A DNA stretch of 64,000 nt from the human T2T-CHM13v2.0 reference genome, Homo sapiens. The stretch is from assembly GCF_009914755.1 (NCBI RefSeq), contig NC_060933.1; one strand, given 5' to 3'. The position numbers and the translations under genes are program-made. This document shows positions 28,701 through 44,500 of this stretch, piece by piece; position 1 is the first letter of the stretch; the number at the start of each line of letters is the position of its first letter. A model generated the notes under the pieces. It saw only the letters and a program-made list of their open reading frames with translations. It made no database searches and was not told where the DNA came from.

Positions 28701-31700
28701 CCCTTACTCTCCATTACATTCCATTCCATTCGGGTTGTTCCATTCCATTCCATTCCATTCCATTCCATTCCATTCCACTCCATTCCATGGCACTCGGGTT
28801 GATTCCATTCCATTCCATTCCATTCCATTCCATTCCATTCCATTCCATTCCGGATGTTTTCATTCCATTGCATTCTGTTCCATTACATTCCCCTGCACTC
28901 GGGTTGATTCCATTCCATTCCATTCCATTCCATTCAATTCCATTCCATTACAATTCGTTCCATTCCATTCTATTCCATACCATTGCATTCCATTCCATAC
29001 CATTCCATTCCATTCCATTCCATTCCTTTCCATTCCGTTCCATTCCATTCCATTCCATTGTATTCGGATTAATTCCATTCCATTCCATTCCATTCCATTC
29101 TATTCCATTCCATTGCAATCGAGTTGAATCCATTGCATTTCATTCCATTCCACTCCATTGCATTCCATTCCGGAAGATCCCATTCCATTGCATTCCATTC
29201 CATTCCATTCCCCTGCACTCGCGTTGATTCCATTCCATTCCATTCTATTCCATTCCATTCCCTTCCTTTCCGTTCCATTCCATTCCATTCCATTCCATTC
29301 CATTCCGTTCCGTTCCATTCCATTCCATTCCATTCTATTCGGGTTAATTGCATTCCATTCTATTCGATTGCAATCGAGTTGATTCCATTCCATTCCATTC
29401 CATTCCATTCCATTCCATTCCATTCCTTTCCATTCCATTACGGATGATTCCATTCCATTGCATTCCATTCCATTCCATTCCCCAGTACTCGGGTTGATTC
29501 CATTCCATTCCATTCCAATCCATGCCATTCCACTCGTGTTGATTCCATTCTTTCCATTCCATTCAAGTTGAATCCATTCCATTGCATTCCATTCCATTCG
29601 ATTCCATTCGATTGCACTCGGGTTGATTCCATTCCATTGCATTCCATTCCATTCCATTCCATTCCATTCCATTCCATTCCGTTCCATTCCATTCCATTCC
29701 ATTCGGATTGATTCTATTCAATTCCCTTACACTCCATTACATTCCATTCCATTCGGGTAGTTTCCATTCCATTCCATTCCATTCCTCTCCATTCCATTGA
29801 ACTCGGGTTGATTCCATTCCATTCCATTCCATTCCATTCCATTCCATTCAATTCCATTCCGTTCCATTCCATTCCATTACATTCGGATTGATTCTATTCA
29901 ACTCCCTTACTCTTCATTACATTACATTCCATTCGGGTTGTTCCATTCCATTCCATTCCATTCCACTCCATTCCATTGCACTCGGGTTGATTCCATTCCA
30001 TTCCATTCCATTCCATTCCATTACGGAAGATTCCATTCCATTGCATTCCATTCCAATCCATTCCCCTGCACTCGCGTTGATTCCATTCCATTCCATTCCA
30101 TTCCATTCCATTCCTTTCCGTTCCATTCCATTCCATTCCATTCCATTCCAATCCATTCCATTCCGTTCCGTTCCGTTCCATTCCATTCCATTCCATTCTA
30201 TTCGGGTTAATTCCATTCCATTCCATTCGATTTCAATCGAGTTGATTCCATTCCATTCCATTCCATTCCATTCCATTCCATTCCATTCCATTCCTTTCCA
30301 TTCCATTACGGATGATTCCATTCCATTGCATTCCATTCCATTCCATTCCCCTGTACTCGGGTTGATTCCATTCCATTGCATTCCAATCCATGCCATTCCA
30401 CTCGTGTTGATTCCATTCTTTCCATTCCATTCAAGTTGAATCCATTCCATTGCATTCCATTCCATTCCATTCGCCTGCAGTCGGGTTGTTTCCATTCCAT
30501 TCCATTCTATTCCATTCCATTCCATTCCATTCCGTTCCGTTCCATTCCATTCCATTCCATTCTATTCGGGTTAATTCCATTCCATTCCATTCCATTCCAT
30601 TCCAGTCGAGTTGATTCCATTCCATTCCATTCCATTCCATTCCATTCCACTCCATTCCAGTCCTTTCCATTCCATTCCACTCGGGTTGATTCCAATGTAT
30701 TCCTTTCCATTCCATTCCATTCCATTGCAATCGAGTTGATTCCATTGCTTTGCATTCCATTCCATTCCATTCCATTCCGGATGATTCCATTCCATTGCAT
30801 TCCATTCCATTCCATTCCGCTGCACTCGGGTTGATTCCATTCCATTCCACTCCATTCCGTTCCATTCCGTTCCATTGCATTGTATTCGGGTTAATTCCAT
30901 TCCATTCCATTCCATTCCGTTCCATTCCATTCCATTACAATCGAGTTGATTCCATTCCATTCCATTCCATTCCAGTCCTTTCCATTCCCTTCCACTCGGG
31001 TTCATTCCATTCTATTAGTTTCCATTCCATTCCATTTCCTTCCATTCCACTCTGGTTGATTCCATTCCTTTCCATTCCACTCGGATACATTCCCTCCTAT
31101 TCCACTAGGAACGATTCCATTCCATTCCATTCCATTCCATTCCATTCCATTCCATTCCATTTCTTTCCATTCCATTCTATTCCGTATCATTCCATTCCAT
31201 TCCATTCCATTTCATTCCATTCCATTCCATTCCATTCCATTCCATTGTACTCGGGTTGATTCAATTCCATTGCATTCCGTTCCATTCCATTCCATTCCAT
31301 TCCATTCCATTCCTTTGCATTCAATTCCATTACATTCGGATTGATTGTATTCAAATCCCTTACTCTCCATTACATTCCATTCCATTCGGGTTGTTCCATT
31401 CCATTCCATTCCATTCCACTCCATTCCATTGCACTCGGGTTGATTCCATTCCATTCCATTCCATTCCATTCCAGTCCATTCCGGATGATTCCATTCCATT
31501 GCATTCCGTTCCATTACATTCCCCTGCACTCGCGTTGATTCCATTCCATTCCATTCCATTCCATTCAATTCCATTCCATTACAATTCGTTCCATTCCATT
31601 CTATTCCGTACCATTCCATTCCATTCCATACCATTCCATTCCATTCCATTCCATTCCATTCCGTTCCATTCCATTCCATTCAATTCTATTTGGATTAATT

Positions 31701-31989
31701 CCATTCCATTCCATTCCATTCCATTCTATTCCATTCCATTGCAATCGAGTTGAATCCATTGCATTTCATTCCATTCCATTCCATTCCGGAAGATTCCATT
31801 CCATTGCATTCCATTCCATTCCATTCCCCTGCACTCGCGTTGATTCCATTCCATTCCATTCCATTCCATTCCATTCCATTCCATTCCGCTCCGTTCCATT
31901 CCATTCCATTCCATTCCATTCCATTCCGTTCCGTTCCATTCCATTCCATTCCATTCTATTCGGGTTAATTCCATTCCATTCCATTCGAT

Positions 31990-32500
31990 TGCAATCGAGT
32001 TGATTCCATTCCATTCCATTCCATTCCATTCCATTCCTTTCCATTCCATTACGGATGATTCCATTCCATTGCATTCCATTCCATTCCATTCCCCTTTACT
32101 CGGGTTGATTCCATTCCATTCCATTCCAATCCATGCCATTCCACTCGTGTTGATTCCATTCTTTCCATTCCATTCAAGTTGAATCCATTCCATTGCATTC
32201 CATTCCATTCGATTCCATTCGATTGCACTCGGGTTGATTCCATTCCATTACATTCCATTCCGTTCCATTCCATTCCATTCCATTCCATTCCATTCCATTC
32301 CTTTCCATTCCATTACGGATGATTCCATTCCATTGCATTCCATTCCATTCCATTCCCCTATACTCGGGTTGATTACATTCCATTCCATTCCAATCCATGC
32401 CATTCCACTCGTGTTGATTCCATTCTTTCCATTCCATTCAAGTTGAATCCATTCCATTGCATTCCATTCCATTCGATTACATTCGATTGCACTCGGTTTG
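31990..32500. repeat. ~264-bp tandem duplication of the pHuR98-like module
   Basis: ACGGATGATT...CATGCCATTCCACTCGTGTTG...CAAGTTGAATCC occurs twice at 264-bp offset (CATGCC at ~32132 and ~32396). Confidence 0.75.
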
Positions 32501-35500
32501 ATTCCATTCCATTGCATTCCATTCCATTCCATTACATTCCATTCCATTCCGTTCCATTCCATTTCATTACTTTCAGATTGATTCTATTCAATTCCCTTAC
32601 ACTCCATTATATTCCAATCCATTCTGGTTGTCTCCATTCCATTCCATTCCATTTCACTCCATTCCATTGCACTCGGGTTGATTCCATTCCATTCCATTCC
32701 ATTGCATTCCATTCCATTCCATTCCGGATGATTCCATTCCATTGCATTCCGTTCCATTCCATTCCCCTGCACTCGGGTTGATTCCATTCCATTCCATTCC
32801 ATTACATTCCGTTCCATTCCATTCCATTCCATTCGAATTGATTCCATTCAATTCCCTTACACTCCATTACATTCCATTCCATTCGGGTAGTTTCCATTCC
32901 ATTCCATTCCATTCCTCTCCATTCCATTGCACTCGGGTTGATTCCATTCCATTCCATTCCATTCCATTCCATTCCATTCCTTTACATTACATTCCATTCC
33001 ATTCCGTTCCATTGTACTCGGGTTGATTCCATTCCATTGCATTCCATTCCATTCCATTCCATTCCTTTCCATTCCATTCCATTCCATTCCATTCCGTTCC
33101 ATTCCATTACATTCGGATTGATTCTATTCAACTCCCTTACTCTCCATTACATTCCATTCCATTCGGGTTGTTCCATTCCATTCCATTCCATTCCATTCCA
33201 CTCCATTCCATTGCGCTCGGGTTGATTCCATTCCATTCCATTCCATTCCATTCCTTTCCATTCCATTCCGGATGATTCCATTCCATTGCATTCCGTTCCA
33301 TTACATTCCCCTGTACTCGCGTTGATTCCATTCCATTCCATTCAATTCCATTCCATTACAATTCGTTACATTCCATTCTATTCCGTACCATTCCATTCCT
33401 TTCCATACCATTCCATTCCATTCCATTCCATTCCATTCCATTCCATTCCTTTCCATTGCATTCCATTCCATTGTATTCGGGTTAATTCCATTCCATTCCA
33501 TTCCATTCCATTCTATTCCATTCCATTGCAATTGAGTTGAATCCATTGCATTCCATTCCTTTCCATTCCATTCCATTCCATTCCGGAAGATTCCATTCCA
33601 TTGCATTCCATTCCATTCCATTCCCCTGCACTCGCGTTGATTCCATTCCATTCCATTCCGTTCCGTTCCATTCCATTCCATTCCATTCCATTCCATTCCA
33701 TTCCGTTCCTTTCCATTCCATTCCATTCCACTCCATTCGGGTTAATTCCATTCCATTCCATTCCATTCCATTCCATTCCATTCCATTCCATTCCATTCCG
33801 TTCCGTTCCATTCCATTCCATTCCATTCCATTCCATTCCGTTCCGTTCCATTCCATTCCATTCCATTCTATTTGGGTAAATTCCATTCCATTCCATTCTA
33901 TTGCAATCGTGTTGATTCCAATCCATTCCATTCCATTCCATTCCATACCATTCCATTCCTTTCCATTCCATTACGGATGGTTCCATTCCATTGCATTCCA
34001 TTCCATTCCATTCCACTGTACTAGGGTTTATTCCATTCCATTGCATTCCAATCCATGCCATTCCACTCGTGTTGATTCCATTCTTTCCATTCCATTCAAG
34101 TTGAATCCATTCCATTGCATTCCATTCCATTCGATTCCATTCGATTGCACTCGGGTTGATTCCATTCCATTGCATTCCATTCCATTCCATTGCATTCCAT
34201 TCCATTCCATTCCGTTCCATTCCATTACATTACATTCGGTTTGATTCTATTCAATTCCCTTACACTCCATTACATTCCATTCCATTCGGGTAGTTTCCAT
34301 TCCATTCCATTTCATTCCTCTCCATTCCATTGCACTCGGGTTGATTCCATTCCATTGCATTCCATTCCATTCCATTCAATTCCATTCCGTTCCATTCCAT
34401 TCCATTACATTCGGATTGATTCGATTCAACTCCCTTACTCTCCATTACATTCCATTCCATTCGGGTTGTTCCATTCCATTCCATTCCATTCCACTCCATT
34501 CCATTGCACTCGGGTTTATTCCATTCCATTCCATTCCATTCCATTCCAGAAGATTCCATTCCATTGCATTCCATTCCATTCCATTCCCCTGCGCTCGCGT
34601 TCATTCCATTCCATTCCATTCCATTCGATTCCATTCCATTCCTTTCCGTTCCATTCCATTCCATTCCATTCCATTCCATTCCATTCCATGCCATTCCGTT
34701 CCGTTCCGTTCCGTTCCATTCCATTCCATTCCATTCTATTCGGGTTAATTCCATTCCATTCCATTCGACTGCATTCGAGTTGATTCCATTCCATTCCATT
34801 CCATTCCATTCCATTCCATTCCATTCCATTCCTTTCCATTCCATTACGGATGATTCCATTCCATTGCATTCCATTCCATTCCATTCTTTTCTATTCGGGT
34901 TAATTCCATTCCATTCCATTCGATTGCAATCGAGTTGATTCCATTCCATTCCATTCCATTCCATTCCATTCCATTCCATTCCTTTCCATTCCATTACGGA
35001 TGATTCCATTCCATTGCATTCCATTCCATTCCATTCCCCTGTACTCGTGTTGATTCCATTCCATTCCATTCCAATCCATGCCATTCCACTCGTGTTGATT
35101 CCGTTATTTCCATTCCATTCAAGTTGAATCCATTCCATTGCATTCCATTCCATTCGATTCCATTCGATTGCCCTCGGGTTGATTCCATTCCATTGCATTC
35201 CATTCCATCCCATTTCATTCTATTCCATTCCTTTCCATTCCATTCCATTCTATTCCATTCCATTGCAATCGTGTTGATTCCATTCCATTCCTTTCCATTC
35301 CATTCCATTGCCTTGAATTCCACTCGCGTTGATTCCATTCCCTTCTTTCCACTCCATTACATTCCCTTCCATTCCACTCGGAATGATTGATTCCATTCCA
35401 TTCCGTTCCATTTCATTCCATTGCAATCCATTCCAATCCATTCCATTTTATTCCATTCCACTCGAGTTGATTTCATTCCATTCCTTTCCATTCCATTCCA

Positions 35501-35519
35501 TTCCTTTCCACTAGAGTTG

Positions 35520-38500
35520 ATTCCATTCCATTCCATTCAATTGCATTCCATTCCATGCCATTCCACTCGGGTTGATTCCATTCCATTCCATACCATTCCA
35601 TTCCATTCCATTCCATTCCATTCCAATGCATTCCATTCCATTCCTTTCCCCTGCACTCGGGTTGATTCCATTCCTTTCCATTCCATTTAATTCCATTCCA
35701 TTCCATTCCATTCCATTCCAATCCGTTCCATTCCATTCCATTCTATTCCACTGCAATCGACTTGATTCCATTCCATTCCATTCTATTCCATTCCATTCCA
35801 TTCCATTCCATTCCATTCCATTCCATTTTGTTCCAATCCATTCTATTCCGAACCATTCCATTCCATTCCATTCCATTCCATTGCATTCCATTCCATGCCA
35901 TTCCACTCGGGTTGATTCCATTCCATTCCATTCCATTCCATTCCATTCCATTCCATTCCATTCCGTTCCATTCCATTTCTTTACATTCATATTGATTCTA
36001 TTCAATTCCCTTACACTCCATTATATTCCAATCCATTCTGGTTGTTTCCATTCCATTCCATTCCATTTCACTCCATTCCATTGCACTCGGTTTGATTCCA
36101 TTCCATTCCATTCCATTCCATTCCGGATGATTCCATTCCATTGCATTCCATTCCATTCCATTCCCCTGCACTCAGGTTGATTCCATTCCATTCCATTCCA
36201 TTCCATTCGGTTCCGTTCCATTCCGTTCTATTGCATTCCATTCTATTCGGGTTAATTCCATTCCATTCTATTCCATTCCATTCCATTGCATTCCATTGCA
36301 ATGGAGTTGATTCCATTCCATTCCATTCCATTCCGGATGATTCCATTCCATTGCATTCCATTCCATTCCATTCCCCTGCACTCGTGTTGATTCCATTACT
36401 TTCTATTCCATTCCATTCCGTTCCATTCCATTGCATTCCCTTCTGTTCCTGTTAATTCCATTCCATTCCATTCCATTCCATTCCATTCCATTCCATTCCA
36501 TTCCATTCCATTGCAATCGAGTTGATTCCATTCCACTCCTTTCCATTCCATTCCATTGCCTTGCATTCCAATCGGGTTGATTCCATTCCCTTCTTTCCAC
36601 TCCATTACATTCCCTTCCATTCCACTCGGAATGATTGATTCCATTCCATTCCATTCCATTTCATTCCATTGCAATCCATTCCAATCCATTCCATTCCATT
36701 CCACTCGAGCTGATTTCATTCCATTCCTTTCCATTCCATTCCATTCCTTTCCATTCGAGTTGATTCCATTCCATTGCATTCCATTGCATTCCATTCCATG
36801 CCATTCCACTCGGGTTGATTCCATTCCTTTGCATTCCATTCCATTCCATTCCATTCCATTCCATTCCATTCCATTCCGTTGCATTCCATTCCATTACATT
36901 CCGATTGATTCTATTCAACTCCCTTACTCTCCATTACATTCCATTCCATTCGGGTTGTTCCATTCCATTCCATTCCATTCCACTCCATTCCATTGCACTC
37001 GGGTTGATTCCATTCCATTCCATTCCATTCCATTCCATTCCATTCCATTCCGGATGATTCCATTCCATTGCATTCCGTTCCATTACATTCCCCTGCACTC
37101 GCGTTGATTCCATTCCATTCCATTCCATTCCATTCAATTCCATTCCATTACAATTCGTTCCATTCCATTCTATTCCGTATCATTCCATTCCATTCCATAC
37201 CATTCCATTCCATTCCATTCCATTCCATTCCATTCCGTTCCATTCCGTTCCATTCCATTCCAATCCATTCTATTCGGGTTAATTCCATTCCATTTCATTC
37301 CATTCCATTCTATTCCATTCCATTGCAATCGAGTTGAATCCATTGCTTTTCATTCCATTACATTCCATTCCATTCCGGAAGATTCCATTCCATTGCATTC
37401 CATTCCATTCCATTCCCCTGCACTCGCGTTGATTCCATTCTGTTCCATTCCATTCCATTCCATTCCGTTCCATTCCAATCCGTTCCATTCCATTCCATTC
37501 CATTCCATTCCATTCCATTCCGTTCCATTCCATTCCATTCCATTCTATTCGGGTTAATTCCATTCCATTCCATTTGATTGCAATCGTGTTGATTCCATTC
37601 CATTCCATTCCATTCCATTCCATTCCATTCCTTTCCATTCCATTACGGATGATTCCATTCCATTGCATTCCATTGCATTCCGTTCCCCTGTACTCGGGTT
37701 GATTCCATTCCATTGCATTCCAATCCATGCCCTTCCACTCGTGTTGATTCAATTCTTTCCATTCCATTCAAGTTGAATCCATTCCATTGCATTCCATTCC
37801 ATTCGATTCCATTCGATTGCACTTGGGTTGATTCCATTCCATTGCATTCCATTCCATTCCATTCCATTCCATTCCATTCCGTTTCATTCCATTCCATTAC
37901 ATTCGGATTGATTCTATTCAATTCCCTTACACTCCATTACATTCCATTCCATTCGGGTAGTTTCCATTCCATTCCATTCCATTCCTCTCCATTCCATTGC
38001 ACTCGGGTTGATTCCATTCCATTGCATTCCATTCCATTCCATTCAATTCCATTCCGTTCCATTCCATTCCATTACATTCGGATTGATTCTATTCATCTCC
38101 CTTAGTCTCCATTACATTCCATTCCATTCGGGTTGTTCCATTCCATTCCATTCAATTCCACTCCATTCCATTGCACTGGGGTTGATTCCATTCCATTCCA
38201 TTCCATTCCATTCCATTCCATTCCATTCCGGAAGATTCCATTCCATTGCATTCCATTCCATTCCATTCCCCTGCACTCGCGTTGATTCCATTGCATTCCA
38301 TTCCATTCCATTCCATTCCATTCCATTCCATTCCATTCCTTTCCGTTCCATTCCATTCCATTCCATTCCATTCCGTTCCGTTCCGTTCCATTCCATTCCA
38401 TTCCATTCTATTCGGGTTAATTCCATTCCATTCCATTCGATTGCAATCGAGTTGATTCCATTCCATTCCATTCCATTCCATTCCATTCCATTCCATTCCA

Positions 38501-41500
38501 TTCCTTTCCATTCCATTACGGATGATTCCATTCCATTGCATTCCATTCCATTCCATTCCCCTGTACTCGGGTTGATTCCATTCCATTCCATTCCAATCCA
38601 TGCCATTCCACTCGTGTTGATTCCATTCTTTCCATTCCATTCAAGTTGAATCCATTCCATTGCATTCCATTCCATTCTATTCCCCTGCAGTCGGGTTGAT
38701 TCCATTCCATTCCATTCCATTCCATTCCATTCCATTCCATTCCGTTCCGTTCCGTTCCATTGCATTCCATTCCTTTCTACCCGGGTTAATTCCATTCCTT
38801 TCCATTCCATTCCATTCCAATCGAGTTGATTCCATTCCATTCCATTCCATTCCATTCCATTCCATTCCACTCCATTCCAGTCCTTTCCATTCCATTCCAC
38901 TCGGGTTGATTCCAATGTATTCCTTTCCATTCCATTCCATTCCATTGCAATCGAGTTGATTCCATTGCTTTGCATTCCATTCCATTCCATTCCATTCCGG
39001 ATGATTCCATTCCATTGCATTCCATTCCATTCCATTCCCCTGCACTCGGGTTGATTCCATTCCATTCCACTCCATTCCGTTCCATTCCATTCCATTCCAT
39101 TGTATTCGGGTTAATTCCATTCCATTCCATTCCATTCCATTCCATTCCATTCCAATCGAGTTGATTCCATTCCATTCCATTCCATTCCAGTCCTTTCCGT
39201 TCCATTCCACTCGGGTTGATTCCATTCTATTAGTTTCCATTCCATTCCATTCCCTTCCATTCCACTATGGTTGATTCCATTCCTTTCCATTCCACTCGAA
39301 TACATTCCTTCCTATTCCACTCGGAACGTTTCCATTCCATTCCATTCCATTCCATTCCATTCCATTCCATTCCATTCCATTTCATTCCATTGCAATCCAT
39401 TCCAATCCATTCCATTCCATTCCACTCGAGTTGATTTCATTCCATCTCTTTCCATTCCATTCCATTCCTTTCCATTTGAGTTGATTCCATTCCATTCCAT
39501 TCCATTGCATTCCATTCCATGCCATTCCACTCGGGTTGATTCCATTCCTTTGCATTCCATTCCATTCCATTCCATTCCATTCCATTCCATTCCATTCCAT
39601 TGCATTCCATTCCATTACATTCGGATTGATTCTATTCAACTCCCTTACTCTCCATTACATTCCATTCCATTCGGGTTGTTCCATTCCATTCCATTCCATT
39701 CCACTCCATTCCATTGCACTCGGGTTGATTCCATTCCATTCCATTCCATTCCATTCCATTCCGGATGATTCCATTCCATTGCATTCCGTTCCATTACATT
39801 CCCCTGCACTCGCGTTGATTCCATTCCATTCCATTCCATTCCATTCAATTCCATTCCATTACAATTCGTTCCATTCCATTCTATTCCGTACCATTCCATT
39901 CCATTCCATACCATTCCACTCCATTCCATTCCATTCCATTCCATTCCGTTGCATTCCGTTCCATTCCATTCCATTCCATTCTGTTCGGGTTAATTCCATT
40001 CCATTCCATTCCATTCCATTCTATTCCATTCCATTGCAATCGAGTTGAATCCATTGCATTTCATTCCATTCCATTCCATTCCATTCCGGAAGATTCCATT
40101 CCATTGCATTCCATTCCATTCCATTCCCCTGCACTCGCGTTGATTCCATTCCATTCCATTCCGTTGCACTCCATTCCTTTCCATTCCTTTCCGTTCCATT
40201 CCATTCCACTCCATTCCATTCCGTTCCGTTCCATTCCATTCCATTCCATTCTATTCGGGTTAATTCCATTCCATTCCATTCGATTGCAATCGAGTTGATT
40301 CCATTCCATTCCATTCCATTCCATTCCAGTCCTTTCCATTCCTTTCCATTCCATTACTGATGATTCCGTTCCATTGCATTCCATTCCATTCCATTCCCCT
40401 GTACTCGGGTTGATTCCATTCCATTCCATTCCAATCCATGCCATTCCACTCGTGTTGATTCCATTCTTTCCTTTCCATTCAAGTTGAATCCATTCCATTG
40501 CATGCCATTCCTCTCGTGTTGATTCCATTCTTTCCTTTCCATTCAAGTTGAATCCATTCCATTGCATTCCATTCCATTTGATTCCATTCCATTGCACTCG
40601 GGTTGATTCCATTCCATTCCATTCCATTCCATTCCGGATGATTCCATTCCATTGCATTCCGTTCCATTACATTCCCCTGCACTCGGGTTGATTCCATTCC
40701 ATTCCATTCCATTCCATTCGATTCCATTCCATTCCCCTGCACTCGCGTTGATTCCATTCCAATCAATTCCATTGCATTCCATTCCATTCCATTCCTTTCC
40801 ATTCCAGTCTTTTCCATTCCATTCCACTCGGGTTGATTCCATTCTATTGGTTTCCATTCCATTCCATTCCCTTCCATTCCACTCTGGTTGATTCCATTCC
40901 TTTCCATTCCACTCGAATACATTCCCTCCTATTCCACTCGGAATGATTCCATTCCATTCAATTCCATTCCATTTCGTTCCATTCCATTCTATTCCGTATC
41001 ATTCCATTCCATTCCATTCCATTCCATTGTACTCGGGTTGATTCCATTCCATTGCATTCCATTCCATTCCATTCCATTCCATTCCATTCCATTCCGTTGC
41101 ATTCTATTCCATTACATTCGGATTGATTCTATTCAACTCCCTTACTCTCCATTACATTCCATTCCATTTGGGTTGTTCCATTCCATTCCATTCCATTCCA
41201 CTCCATTCCATTGCACTCGGGTTGATTCCATTCCATTCCATTCCATTCCATTCCATTCCATTCCATTCCGGATGATTCCATTCCATTGCATTCCGTTCCA
41301 TTACATTCCCCTGCACTCGTGTTGATTCCATTCCATTCCATTCCATTCCATTCAATTCCATTCCATTACAATTCGTTCCATTGCGTTCTATTCCGTACCA
41401 TTCCATTCCATTCCATACCATTCCATTCCATTCCATTCCATTCCATTCCTTTCCATTCCGTTCCATTCCATTCCATTCCATTCTATTCGGGTTAATTCCA

Positions 41501-44500
41501 TTCCATTCCATTCCATTCCATTCCATTCCATTCTATTCCATTCCATTGCAATCGAGTTGAATCAATTGCATTTCATTCCATTCCATTCCATTCCATTCCG
41601 GAAGATTCCATTCCATTGCATTCCATTCCATTCCATTCCCCTGCACTCGCGTTGATTCCATTCCATTCCATTCCATTCCATTCCATTCCATCCATTCCAT
41701 TCCGTTCCATTCCATTCCATTCCATTCCATTCCGTTCCGTTCCATTCCATTCCATTCCATTCTATTCGGGTTAATTCCATTCCATTCCATTCGATTGCAA
41801 TCGAGTTGATTCCATTCCATTCCATTCCATTCCATTCCATTCCATTCCACTCCTTTCCATTCCATTACGGATGATTCCATTCCATTGCATTCCATTCCAT
41901 TCCATTCCCCTGTACTCGGGTTGATTCCATTCCATTCCATTCCAATCCATGCCATTCCACTCGTGTTGATTCCATTCTTTCCATTCCATTCAAGTTGAAT
42001 CCATTCCATTGGATTCCATTCCATTCGATTCCATTCGATTGCACTCGGGTTGATTCCATTCCATTGCATTGCATTCCATTCAATTCCATTCCATTCCATT
42101 CCATTCCGTTCCATTCCATTCCATTACATTCGGATTGATTCTATTCAATTCCCTTACACTCCATTACATTCCATTCCATTCGGGTAGTTTCCATTCCATT
42201 CCATTCCATTCCTCTACATTCCATTGCATTCGGGTTGATTCCATTCCATTGCATTCCATTCCATTCCATTCAATTCCATTCCATTCCATTCCATTCCATT
42301 ACATTCGGATTGATTCTATTCAACTCCCTTACTCTCCATTACATTCGATTCCATTCGGGTTGTTCCATTCCATTCCATTCCATTCCACTCCATTCCATTG
42401 CACTCGGGTTGATTCCATTCCATTCCATTCCATTCCATTCCGGAAGATTCCATTCCATTGCATTCCATTCCATTCCATTCCCCTGCACTGGCGTTGATTC
42501 CATTCCATTCCATTCCATTCCATTCCATTCCATTCCATTCCATTCCATTCCTTTCCGTTCCTTTCCATTCCATTCCATTCCATTCCAATCCATTCCACTC
42601 CGTTCCGTTCCGTTCCATTCCATTCCATTCCATTCTATTCGGGTTAATTCCATTCCATTCCATTCGATTTCAATCGAGTTGATTCCATTCCATTCTATTC
42701 CATTCCATTCCATTCCTTTCCATTCCATTACGGATGATTCCATTCCATTGCATTCCATTCCATTCCATTCCCCTGTACTCGGGTTGATTCCATTCCATTC
42801 CATTCCAATGCAATCCATTCCATTCCATTCCATTCAATTGCATTCCATTCCATGCCATTCCACTCGGGTTGATTCCATTCCATTCCATACCATTCCATTC
42901 CATTCCATTCCATTCCATTCCAATGCATTCCATTCCATTCCTTTCCCCTGCACTCGGGTTGATTCCATTCCTTTCCATTCCATTTAATTCCATTCCATTC
43001 CATTCCATTCCATTCCAATCCGTTCCATTCCATTCCATTCTATTCCACTGCAATCGACTTGATTCCATTCCATTCCATTCTATTCCATTCCATTCCATTC
43101 CATTCCATTCCATTCCATTCCATTCCATTTTGTTCCAATCCATTCTATTCCGAACCATTCCATTCCATTCCATTCCATTCCATTGCATTCCATTCCATGC
43201 CATTCCACTCGGGTTGATTCCATTCCATTCCATTCCATTCCATTCCATTCCATTCCATTCCATTCCGTTCCATTCCATTTCTTTACATTCATATTGATTC
43301 TATTCAATTCCCTTACACTCCATTATATTCCAATCCATTCTGGTTGTTTCCATTCCATTCCATTCCATTTCACTCCATTCCATTGCACTCGGTTTGATTC
43401 CATTCCATTCCATTCCATTCCATTCCGGATGATTCCATTCCATTGCATTCCATTCCATTCCATTCCCCTGCACTCAGGTTGATTCCATTCCATTCCATTC
43501 CATTCCATTCGGTTCCGTTCCATTCCGTTCTATTGCATTCCATTCTATTCGGGTTAATTCCATTCCATTCTATTCCATTCCATTCCATTGCATTCCATTG
43601 CAATGGAGTTGATTCCATTCCATTCCATTCCATTCCGGATGATTCCATTCCATTGCATTCCATTCCATTCCATTCCCCTGCACTCGTGTTGATTCCATTA
43701 CTTTCTATTCCATTCCATTCCGTTCCATTCCATTGCATTCCCTTCTGTTCCTGTTAATTCCATTCCATTCCATTCCATTCCATTCCATTCCATTCCATTC
43801 CATTCCATTCCATTGCAATCGAGTTGATTCCATTCCACTCCTTTCCATTCCATTCCATTGCCTTGCATTCCAATCGGGTTGATTCCATTCCCTTCTTCCC
43901 ACTCCATTACATTCCCTTCCATTCCACTCGGAATGATTGATTCCATTCCATTCCATTCCATTTCATTCCATTGCAATCCATTCCAATCCATTCCATTCCA
44001 TTCCACTCGAGTTGATTTCATTCCATTCCTTTCCATTCCATTCCATTCCTTTCCATTCGAGTTGATTCCATTCCATTGCATTCCATTGCATTCCATTCCA
44101 TGCCATTCCACTCGGGTTGATTCCATTCCTTTGCATTCCATTCCATTCCATTCCATTCCATTCCATTCCATTCCATTCCGTTGCATTCCATTCCATTACA
44201 TTCCGATTGATTCTATTCAACTCCCTTACTCTCCATTACATTCCATTCCATTCGGGTTGTTCCATTCCATTCCATTCCATTCCACTCCATTCCATTGCAC
44301 TCGGGTTGATTCCATTCCATTCCATTCCATTCCATTCCATTCCATTCCATTCCATTCCATTCCGGATGATTCCATTCCATTGCATTCCGTTCCATTACAT
44401 TCCCCTGCACTCGCGTTGATTCCATTCCATTCCATTCCATTCCATTCAATTCCATTCCATTACAATTCGTTCCATTCCATTCTATTCCGTACCATTCCAT

